Assembly: GCA_001642005.1 (NCBI GenBank)
Contig: LWCA01000312.1
Span: forward strand, 1-32,716
Length of the DNA stretch: 32,716 nt
Direction of reading: 5' to 3'
Source of the DNA: Intoshia linei
Lineage: Eukaryota; Animalia; Orthonectida
The translations under genes were made by a program, and so were the position numbers. This document shows, in pieces, positions 1-9,843 of the stretch. The notes beneath the pieces are model-generated. The model saw only the letters and a program-made list of their open reading frames with translations, was not told where the DNA came from and ran no database searches. The stretch's first letter is position 1. Each line of letters opens with the position of its first letter.

Positions 1-1
1 A

Positions 2-1353
2 TTCGATGGTCATTAAAATATCTAATCAAAACTTGTTCCAAATTTTTAATGGATTTTGAGTAGTATATTTTATCATTGGCCATTCTAAATACCTTATCCG
101 CCAATTCATTTGTTGAAGGGTTAACATCAAAATCTGACAAATTATTCTTGATAAGAAAATTTTTGGAGGCATCACATATTATGTTGCAATTAATAAGATT
201 GTTCCAATTTATAAAAAAATCTAACACCAAACCATTTAATTGACCAATACTGGATAATAAACGTATTTATGCGAATTACATTCTCTATAGGGTCGACACA
301 TAACTCAGACATGATAGAATATATTGCACGACTGTTCTATCTTGCTACGCTAATCGAAGGTGGCTGATTTGGTAAATTAATTTTGGCAAACTGATTTGTC
401 GAACGTAAATAACGTACCGCTTTGACACATTGTAATAACAACAAATAATTTTTTCTTCATTCTTCGTCATTAGTCAGATCATCATAGATTGGTGAGATAG
501 AAATTGGTTTATTTCTATATATTGCTATAAACCTTTTCCAATCGTCATGTAATGATTTTACGAATTCATATTAAAAAGTTGGACCCACTGTGACATTCGA
601 AAATAAATGTATGAATTGATGTTTTAAGATTAAATCAAGGACGTCTAATTTACAAGGTGAAAAGGTGCAATCCGGGTATACTCGTTGTAATCGAACGACA
701 ACACCATTTCTACATCCTACATTTGTAGGCTCAGTGTCAGTAATTATATTGTTTGGAGATAAATTGCTTTTTGCAGTAGTACCAATAGTTTTTCAGATAT
801 AGTGTAAGCCGTTTTGTTAGGTATTTCAACAAATCCAATCAATTTTTTATTGAAACAAATTGCCAGAATGTCTTTTTTCACTATACACTGCTAGAAAAAA
901 GTTTGGGACATTTACAGAAAGTATTCTAAAACCTTAAAATAATCGAAATTTGCTATTTCGAAATAATATTATAATCACAACTAATGTATTGCTCGATTGT
1001 ATAACATAAAACAAAAATTAATTAAAACCTATGGTTAATTAATCAAATTTAACGAAAATCTCCAACAATTCTATTGAAAAAAGTCGAGCACAAATGAGTT
1101 AAAATAGCTTAATATTAATGATAATGTAATGATTATATGTTTTAATAATGGGTACAACACCCAACATGTTTTTAAATAATTGAGAACTATATAATTTTGC
1201 TTTTTTCATTGTGGACTTATTCAACGCGCTCCTTGTTGGCGGTTTCATTCGTTCGTCCTTGAATGTATTATACATCACTTCTAGAACAGTTATAGTATGA
1301 GACAGTGATAAATTAGCCCTTTTACGAATTTCTTCTACCAGATCTGTAGACAT
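2..1353 (-). pseudogene. Decayed DDE transposase of the hAT-like CxxH class (hATm / Cc8K15.2-like), running off the window start
   Basis: Minus-strand translation across stops and frameshifts: MSTDLVEEIRKRANLS..PPTRSALNKSTMKKAK..VPII (ORF 1353-1144), then after an insertion VKKDILAICFNKKLIGFVEIPNKTAYTISEKLL/fs/NIITDTEPTNVGCRNGVVVRLQRVYPDCTFSPCKLDVLDLILKH..TVGPTF*YEF..EE*RKNY..PPSISVAR*NSRAIYSI..WSIKWF/fs/..PSTNELADKVFR. This fits the pattern DTxxxNxG..GxxxRLQ..CxxH..ARWNSRA..N..AER. In-frame stops at 571-573, 457-459 and 337-339; two frameshifts. Possible terminus TAGGATGAATC reading leftwards from 1679. Confidence 0.8.
886..1143. mobile_element. Single end of a Tc1/mariner-like element inserted in the transposase pseudogene
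   Basis: TA (884-885) followed by CACTGCTAGAAAAAAGTTTGGGACA, typical of Tc1-like termini. It sits exactly where transposase homology breaks. Degenerate inner copy GAAAAAAGTCGAGCACA at about 1076-1092. The other end is not found. Confidence 0.55.
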
Positions 1354-2012
1354 CTGATCCTTTTTATTACTTAAATTAATTAAATTGTTCTAATTACGAG
1401 AACTTTCCATTACCGAAATTTACAATTCTATTGCAATTTTGTATCAAGGTTCTAGTAAATTTATTTGATATTTATGTATTTTAAATACAACTTATTCAGT
1501 CTTACTTATAAATGGCTAACCATTAATATTTGTCCTTAATATTTAATATTTGTAATATTTATTAGTAGTAATATTTGTTAATATCTGAAATCAATGGGAC
1601 GACAGTTCTTTTTTTAATTTTAATTTTTTAATTAATCGTAAAAGTGCCCTGTGACCAATCTAACGTATGATTCATCCTAGTTGTTATCACAATTTATTTT
1701 TATAAACTTAATGTTCTTTAAAATTTGATATTTTTAAAATACAAAAAGTTGATGGTCATTTTAAGAATTGAAACATTTCAATCACACCATCTTGTTCGCA
1801 ATAAAAAGTTTCATGTTTACCATAGGGCTACTTTTATTAGTTTGAATAAGGACACAGGTTAATGTGTAGTGATATAACGGAAAGATTTTTAAAAGTTGAT
1901 TTTTGTTGACTAGTGTTATCATTATGTTAATTATTTGGGACACAGTTTTTGTTTATATTTGTCGTATCAGAGAAACAGGCTTTTTTGAAATTTTGCTTTT
2001 ACTGTAGATCAG

Positions 2013-3556
2013 ATGGCCAGAATTGTAATTTCAGGTTTTGAATTTTAAAATCATATTTATAATTTAATAGGTGTATGCGATTCACCACATTGGGCAAAAA
2101 TCGAAATTCTATCTGATCATCTAGCAAAAAATTTGGATAGTTTTTACGTAAAAAAAATTATAAAAAAACGCGAAGAATGGAGCCAATGGAAAGACTTGAT
2201 TTTTTTCAAAAATGGATGGAACCTGAAGCGCAATAAATACAATGATGTCTTTGTTTGGCGAGAATTGCTGTCTCGTGGAGGTAAAGGAACCATCATAGGA
2301 GATTACAACGACTATCAAGAATACACACATGTTTATTATAGTGAAACTGTCTCAATTCTTACTAATGAACTTGTTGATATCGCAAAATACAATCACGAAC
2401 ATAAAATAAAACAAATTAAATTGAAAAAAGACGTAGAAATTTCAAAAACAATAATAAAAATAGGAATTTCTTGTTTAAATAATGAAATTAAGTGTTCCGC
2501 AATTTGCACACTCTTATCTCAGTTTTTAGTTGGTTCCTACCCAAAGAATTTTTATTCTATCAATTTTATATACAACGAAAAAACCAAAGTTAATTCAGAA
2601 AATGTTGATACGTTAGAATCAGAATTGTTCGATTTGGCGCATTCCAACATTTCTCAAATATTACATAGAGATATAGTTGGTGTTTTTGAAGATTCAAATT
2701 TTTTATTTCTGATTGATTCATTAACAATAATTGATAATGAATCTCGTGAAAATTACATCAATCGTGTATATTCACACTATTCCATTATAGCAGACAGTGT
2801 GTGCAATCACGCACAAAGGGATTGTCAGATTATTATTTCGAGTGATGGTCCTTATCATATTATTTGTCAGGCTTTAATAGATACATTCAAAGGATTAAAA
2901 CAAAATTGGAGATGTAACAGTTTTTTATTAAATAATAATCGTTCTATCCGCACCGTAAAAAATATTATTTCCAAAAAAATAAAAAATTTTGCAAAGAATA
3001 TAGTTGATTTGATAGACTGGAGCTGTCCTGGTGTTGAATTAGATATTGATAAAAAAGTAAAATTAATCGATTTGTCTCAAGCTAAGATATATAACCAACT
3101 CGATCCAGTAGAGGGAGACCAACATTTTTATTTAAATTTATTGAAAACTATTAATGATAAAAAATGGTTATCTCTAGATTATATGAATTTGGCAAAACAA
3201 AATATTACTAGAATGTATTCATCGAGGCCAAAATATATAAATGAAGCACATTCAATCTGTAAATCATTTTTCGATTGGTACGGACAAAAAAAAGAATATG
3301 TATCTATGACCAGTGTAGTTGTTCCTTCTAATGGTAAAATATTAATAGTATATTTTTAATTTTTCTAGGTTCGTACAACATTGAGAACAACATACCATTT
3401 TCTTTTCCGGCAATAATAGGCCCAAATGGAAGGATAAATATTATAGAAAATGTAAAATTAAATCATGTCATATCTAACGGTTTTCCAGAAATAGTTGAGG
3501 TAAAATATAATTAAAAATATGTACAGATAACCTCTGCTGTTTGTCCATTATGTTAA
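2013..3556 (+). CDS. MDH1B: Putative malate dehydrogenase 1B-like protein; exons 2013-2034, 2071-3333, 3369-3499, 3527-3556 (last exon uncertain; alternative stop at 3514)
   Basis: Spliced N-terminus MARIVISGVCDSPHWAKIEILSDHLAKNLDSFYVKKI..VWRELLSRGGKGTIIGDYNDYQEY matches MDH1B [56 protein letters not shown]. C-terminal AHSICKSFFDWY..SNGSYNIENNIPFSFP matches the MDH C-domain. GT-AG introns of 36, 35 and 27 nt keep frame. Confidence 0.9.
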
Positions 3557-3653
3557 CATATAGAGTTATATATATTATATATATATAGAGATTATAGAGA
3601 GTACAATTTCTCAATGCTGTCATTGCTTTACGAAAAATTAAATTTAAAAACTG

Positions 3654-3721
3654 TTTCACTAGACCCCGAATAAATGACTCGATACCCTTAGGTGGCGCCT
3701 CATCTTATTTGGCGAACACTG
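3654..3721. mobile_element. Right-end fragment of a hAT-type MITE
   Basis: GC-rich patch ending TTTGGCGAACACTG (rc CAGTGTTCGCCAAA), a Charlie-like terminus. No partner end or TSD found. Confidence 0.4.
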
Positions 3722-3838
3722 CTTAAGTGAATAAGTAGATGGTATTTGAATGGTCAATCACTCATTACTTTTGATTACATTGGATGGTTAGAATCAAAAT
3801 TGTATTAGAATTGGGTCGTTAGAATAAGGGGCTAAGAC

Positions 3839-4791
3839 TAGTGCTTGCAATTTCTCCAGAATTATCGAAAAAAATTAACTCATACTGTTAGTAATACAAT
3901 AAATAATTTTAATTATAGTAAAACTAAAAGTACTAACAGTTCCAAAATTTTTAATATTTTTGAAATAATGAAAGATTAAAATCTGGTATTAATTGGATGT
4001 TAACTTTAAAATCTTAAATAAAACACCCAAAGTAGGAGAAAAATGCGATTTATTTACATTTTGTATAATCACAACTTCCATAGATATATATAGGAATAAG
4101 TCCAAGATTAAATTCATTTTTGAGAATGTAAAGATGTGCATTAAAATATTTTATATTTTTAAAACTGGTCCACTCATCAAATGATATTTTCCACCATTAC
4201 ATTTTATAGTAGAAATCTTTAAATTATTTGTCTTCTAATTTTTTCAAAGTAACTATTTACAAGATTAATGATACAGTTTTGAGATATAGACAAACATATT
4301 GGTCTTAAATTTTTTCGAATAAAATTTGATCGGGTAACTTGGTTTATGGTTAGTCCATCGTACGCAATTATGACTTCAACCCTTTCGTGGCTATCATCAT
4401 TTTTTTAAATACACTGTTATATTGGGATTTTTTGTTTGTTATTTTATTTACAGGTTCACCCAATGATTTGATCATAAAATATACGCGTGTTAAGTGACGA
4501 TGTAACTTTTCGTAGAACATAGAGGTTATCTTAAAGAGAAACAATCTAATACCAAATTAAATCATAAAACTGAATTGAATTACCGTAAAATTTAATGTTT
4601 TTATTGTAATAACTGGAATTAATTTGTTTTTAGTAAAAACTTTTTACACGCTTAAATTTATTAGCAATAATTAAAAATGATTATTCTTTGAAGATTTTAT
4701 TTTTGCATTTATATAACAAACTACATTTTTGAAAATGTTCAAATATAATTTTAAATTTAAGAATATTAAAATTTCTCGATAGCAAGTATTA
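3839..4791 (-). mobile_element. Internally deleted non-autonomous hAT element (953 bp)
   Basis: 8-bp TSD GCTAAGAC at 3831-3838 and 4792-4799; TIRs TAGTGCTTGCAA / rc TAATACTTGCTA. Minus-strand relic IAYDGLTINQVTRSNFIRKNL..FDEWTSFKNIKYFN..FNLGLIPI with the first catalytic D in DEWTS (4164-4178). Confidence 0.88.
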
Positions 4792-5234
4792 GCTAAGACC
4801 ATCATATGTATTAAAAAATTGATTAGTTGAAAATACTTTGTCTATGATGATACAATTTAATTATGTAACTAATAATTATAATAGATGATAAAGAAGGATT
4901 TGAACCTAATACAAAAATAAAATAGAACGTTTATGTTTGAACAAATATTTAATAAAACTTAACCGTGTTGTTAAAATGAAAAAATTGATTGTTTTGGCGT
5001 GAATAAACAAAATGTAGCAACAAGTACTTAGCAATTTAACTCCCATCGTACATTTTTGTATAAACAGGTTGATTACTCTATTATCAAATTGCACCGATGT
5101 CCATTACAAGTTGCAATTTGCAACTGCCACTAAATTTATTTTGTTTAACGAATAGACGCAAATTGTTAACAATAAATATCTTAAATGAACTATTGTAGTT
5201 TATCACCAGGGAATTATATATTTATAAACGCATA

Positions 5235-5242
5235 TTTGGCGC
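5235..5242 (+). promoter_or_regulatory. Candidate E2F binding site in the cyclin E promoter
   Basis: TTTGGCGC is an exact match to TTTSSCGC, about 165 bp upstream of the cyclin E ATG. Near-match TTTGGCGT at 4993-5000; CCAAT boxes at about 5257 (reverse) and 5352. Confidence 0.6.
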
Positions 5243-5404
5243 AATTATACCAACCGATTGGAAAGTTTGGTTTCATCTGTCCATTTAATTGTGTTATTCA
5301 TTTTTAATTATGTTTTAATAATGTACTTTTATTTTACCTTATTTGGTTATTCCAATAAGTTAGTATCTTTATTTTAACTCAAGTTTTAATCTAATCTAAT
5401 CAAT

Positions 5405-8400
5405 ATGAAAACTCGGAAGAGGTAATTATTTTGAATCTATTTATCGAAACATATATTTATATATATAGGAAAAGCTGTGCTACACGAGAATCTATGATTT
5501 TGAAGACCAATTTGGTATTTATAAATGAATTTTTAATTTAAATAAACTTAGGCCGAGGACAACTTAGAATTCATAAAAAACGTAGACCAACCTATCGACT
5601 TTTCAAACGTATATTTATTATTATCATTATCAAACTTTCATTTAGAAATCAAAGTTTCGCCACTCATTACCTAATTTAAATTTCAATAAAGACACTAAAA
5701 CAATCAAAATTGAACCAAATCCTCTGTTTTATAAAAATTACGAAGCATTTACCAGCAATGTACTTGTACATTATGATCAAATTTTACCTAATTTTAAATG
5801 GGGTAAAGGGACTGACATATGGCAGGTGTATTTAAAAAAAGACAAATTTTATAACAGAGATGCAACTTATTTCAAAAATCATATCAACATCGAACCGAAA
5901 ATGAGATGGCTTTTGTTTGGATGGATGATTGATGTAATAAATTACCTTTAGTGTGTTACAATTTATTAATTAATAATAATCGTCGTATCGGCAGAAGACG
6001 ACGAGAATTAATAATTAATTTAGGTTTGTCAGCTTCACCAACTTCACAGAGAAACATTTCACTTGGCGGTGGATTTGGTGGATCGGTATTTGGGTTGTAC
6101 CACTAATATATCAAAAACACAATTACAATTGATTGGAACTACATGTCTTTTTATATCTTCCAAAATCGAGGTTTTATATTGAACATCTATTCATTATATT
6201 ATGAAATTAGGAAATTTATCCACCAAGAATCACAGAATTTAGTGAAATAACAGATAGAACATGTAAAGTTGAGGACATTTTATGTAATGAAATTAAAATA
6301 TTGAAAGTTCTAAAGTGGGATTTGTCTCCCACTACTCCTATCCAGTGGTTAAAGTTATATTTGCAATATGGTATTTTACGTCCTAACCGTGAAATGGAAA
6401 AACATGGTTCACGCATCAATAAAGAATATTTTTCTATTGGAATGTTCCTACAATTGTGTAGAGTATGAAAATGTGTTTTTTTAATAATTTTTGATTAGAT
6501 TATTGACTTTATATTAATGGACGAGAGGTCTTTAAATTTTAGTTATAGTCAGCTTGTTGCTTCTGTGTTAAATCATACATTTGCAGATGACGTTGTCTAC
6601 GAGTTATCTGGTTATACACGAGAAGAATTAATACCTTGCATTTATTGGATGACACCTTATATTGAAATTTTATCAACTTTACCAAGGGTTAGCCTTAAAA
6701 AATTTGAAAAAATGAATCCTAGCCAATTCCATAATATACAAATCATTACCTTTGACACTAAAATAATGGTAATTTACACATAATTACGATATAACGATTA
6801 GTGTGGATCATTTGGACAACAATTGTCCTAATAAAGTAAATCTTTGTCACCCAGTTAATTTGCAAAACTTTGGTCTAATATTTTAAATACTAAGAATCTC
6901 AAAATGTAACGACAGTGAAAATACTTTTCGATCTTTTAATTAACTAGACACTATAGAATCCTGATTATTCGAAAATTTGAAAAACCGGTCATCGAATAAT
7001 TTCGGTTATTTAAACAACGATTATCCGATTAATCGGAATTTAAAATTTTTAACATAAAAACCAATAATCCTTACTTATATAATATGCTACGCGATTTTTG
7101 TTTGTGTGTGTTCCACTTTATTTAAATAACTACCCGTCTTAGAATTTTATGAAGTCCACATTTCAATTACAGTTTTTTCCGGGGGTGTTCGCAAAATAAA
7201 TTTTAACATCCCAAACTCACATCTTACGGGTCAAAAACCTTAATTGTCCTTTTTTTAAAAATTATAAACATTATCATAATTTTGAATTTAAAAAAAATTC
7301 TATCTTTATGGCTTTAAAGTAAAAAGTAATGTGATATATGAATGCAATTATGTATTTATGAAATTTTTGAAAATCCGATTATTTTTCTCCGATTATTGTA
7401 AGCGATTAACCGGGTTTTCGATTAATCGGATATCATTCCCTACTAGACACATTAGTAAATATTTTCTTTTTTAATATTAAGTATCTGTTTATGGAAAACT
7501 TTATGTAATGTAGTGTAGAGTCTAGGAAAGCTGTGGTACTTTTGTCATGCTCGAGGTTGCATCATTCACTAAAACCCAGTTAAGTATAATTAAAAATTTA
7601 TTTATTTTATGAGAAATTGATGATTTTTTTACTACAATACGATTGATATATACTATTTATATTATGTTATTTTTACTAACAGCACTATATGAGGTGAGTT
7701 ATCACGATAAAACTGAAAAGTTTTATTGATTAGTTTATTTATTGAGTACTTAATCAAAATATAACAAAATATAATTTTATGTGTCTATTCTTTAATAAGT
7801 TCTTATATTTTGAAGTTATCGAGAGGAAACACTATATAGTAAGGTTGATAATTTATCGATAAAAATCAAGAAATTTTTTTCTACTCTTACATGTGCAGGA
7901 ATAAGTATAATATATGAGAATTCTCGCTTTACGTAAGAATTTTAATTTATTATTTTATTGCGTTATGAATTTTAATTACATTAATTTATATTATGAAAAA
8001 ATTAAAATTCGTGTCAATGTATTGATAAATTTGATTCGGTGTCAACCTGTCATATATTGACTGAAATTTATATTTTTTTATTTTTAGGGATATCTTGCTC
8101 AAATAGAAGAAAATATGATTAAAAATGGAAAACATATAGCTATTGATAAAGAACAAGAATCTATTTTCGAATTAATGACACCTCCTCCTAGCAATAGTAA
8201 GCGTAGACCCAATAAAAACATTGCATTGATGGACGCAATGACAAAAGATGATAATGAAATTAAAATATCACAACAACAGTTAAAAGATATTACGAAAAAT
8301 GAGTCAATCGATCCAAATAAAGATAATTTTAGCAACATTGTAACAAAAAAAAGAAAAACCAATGATAAAGAATCTGAAAACCAGCACGAAATAGAATCGA

Positions 8401-8582
8401 ATTACCATTCTTCAGACGATACCTCACGAATTGATAACTGCGAAAAAGATTTGCGCAATAATTTGAAAATATCAACGCTGTCTTATTTAAATAATATAGA
8501 GGAATCTGAAGTTAGTGACACAGATAGCATATGTTCTAGTTATCTTTTATGTAATTCTTTTCTACCACCATCTCCAGATTAA
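5405..8582 (+). CDS. CCNE: G1/S cyclin E; exons 5405-5421, 5469-5514, 5552-5608, 5646-5933, 6024-6170, 6211-6462, 6499-6768, 8088-8582
   Basis: Cyclin box EPKMRWLLFGWMID|VCQLHQLHRETFHLAVDLVDRYL..LQLIGTTCLFISSKIE|EIYPPRITEF..LKWDLSPTTPIQWL, the cyclin E motif HNIQ, and a phase-0 splice to GYLAQIEENM..ELMTPPPSNSKR (Fbw7/Cdc4 degron, cf. LLTPPQSGKK). All introns GT-AG and frame-consistent. Confidence 0.92.
6952..7442. mobile_element. hAT MITE in the last cyclin E intron
   Basis: 8-bp TSD CTAGACAC at 6944-6951 and 7443-7450; right end rc TAGGGAATGATATCCGATTAATCG, degraded left end TATAGAATCCTGATT; several CCGATTAATCGG-like subterminal palindromes at both ends. Confidence 0.82.
7068..7230 (+). 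mobile_element. Possible Helitron 5'-end fragment nested in the MITE
   Basis: A|TCCTTACTTATATAATATGCTACGCG followed by a TTTGTTTGTGTGTG tract resembles non-autonomous Helitron 5' ends. No CTRR/hairpin 3' end seen; right boundary approximate. Confidence 0.4.
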
Positions 8583-8703
8583 TGTATATATTCAAGTCCC
8601 CTTTGTTAAATATTTGCTTTTAATTTCAGTTTTAATTTTGTGTAATATTTATTAAAATTTTAAAATTACATGAAAATCATAGGTAAATAGTTAATTATTG
8701 GAT

Positions 8704-9843
8704 TTAATTCGTGTTTTTAACGGAAGTTCTCGTATGCTTCTGACCACTATATCCACGCTTATTTAGCATATGCTTATAGTCCTTTTTTCCATTAAAATTC
8801 TTTATGGGTGTAAAAAAGGTTCGCTTGGTATATTCGTTGCTCCATGTATTAACCCACTTCAACTTATTCTGGTTTTGTTTTGGCGTGGTTTCATTATTTG
8901 GAGTAATGGTATTGTTTGTATTTTCCGAGCACTCAACTCTTACATTTCTACCTGAATCAGTGTTGGACCTGTAGGGTATTTCTCGTTTATAGTATATAAA
9001 CCTATCAGTAAGGTCTATACTGCATTCTTCTTGGGTGTTTTCATTTGCAACTGAACATTTTGACGAATTTTCGGATTTAGAATTGAAAAATTCTGGGCAA
9101 AAAAGATACCAAATATCTAACCCTTCAATGTCTGACATTTTAAAGTTTTTATTATACTTAGATTTTACTTGTACCAATTTTTGAACGTTTTCAGCATTTT
9201 TTCGAATCTTTTTAGACTTAAATATCATTTTCTTAGAGATATAAGTCTCTTCTTTTTTATCTGCTTTTGTTACTTTAACTATTTTTTCCGGTTTCAGACA
9301 TTTGAATCTGTTATTTTTTTTCTTGCAAATTTTTATCGAGCTAATTGAATTCTCATTTGAATCACTAAAATTATCCAAATTTTGGTCAAATGCTGAGCTA
9401 TAATTCATTTTTTTTCTATTACTTTTTCTGGAAAATTTATTTCGTCGATAAATTTCATTTCGTAGCTTTTCTTCTATCAAGAATGTATCGTCAATATAAC
9501 TTTTATCGTCACATGTATCCTCAGACATTTGTTTAGTTTCCTGAAGAGAGTTTTCTAAAAATTATTATTTGTTTATATAAAAATTTACCATTCCAATGGT
9601 CGATAAATGTCCAGGAATCTTCAAGTTTTTCTAATGAGAAAATAAAATATACAGTTAAAATTTATTATTACCATCTACAGGACATTTATGAATAAAATTC
9701 CATTCTCCCTGATTATTCAAACCATCCGAATTGAGAACTTGCGAAAATAGTATCAGCTTGACTTTGTCATCGGTAAAAATTTCAGGTTTGTCACAGCTGT
9801 CGTTTAGTGAGCTGTCTACAGGTTTAACTGATTTTTTAACCAT
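8704..9843 (-). CDS. Uncharacterised Lys/Asn/Ser-rich protein of about 350 aa; exons 9843-9672, 9630-9589, 9554-8704
   Basis: Two GT-AG introns (41 and 34 nt, both phase 1) join ORFs 9655-9843 and 8704-9528 in frame: ..HKCPVD|EKLEDSWTFIDHWN|ENSLQETKQMSEDTC... No domain recognised. Confidence 0.8.

Noticed and set aside
337-573. In-frame TAG/TGA at Trp positions as evidence for a variant genetic code
   Set aside because: The region also has frameshifts and an insertion; intact genes in the window use TGG for Trp and ordinary stops.
1815-1831. GTTTACCATAGGGCTAC as an X-box for MDH1B
   Set aside because: The second half-site deviates too far from RGYAAC.
3993-4184. Similar plus-strand ORFs 3993-4184 and 29483-29746 as a small gene family
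   Set aside because: They are antisense readings of two copies of a hAT relic.
8115-8582. Stand-alone 155-aa gene
   Set aside because: It has an in-frame acceptor at 8087/8088 and the cyclin E degron, so it is better explained as the last cyclin E exon.
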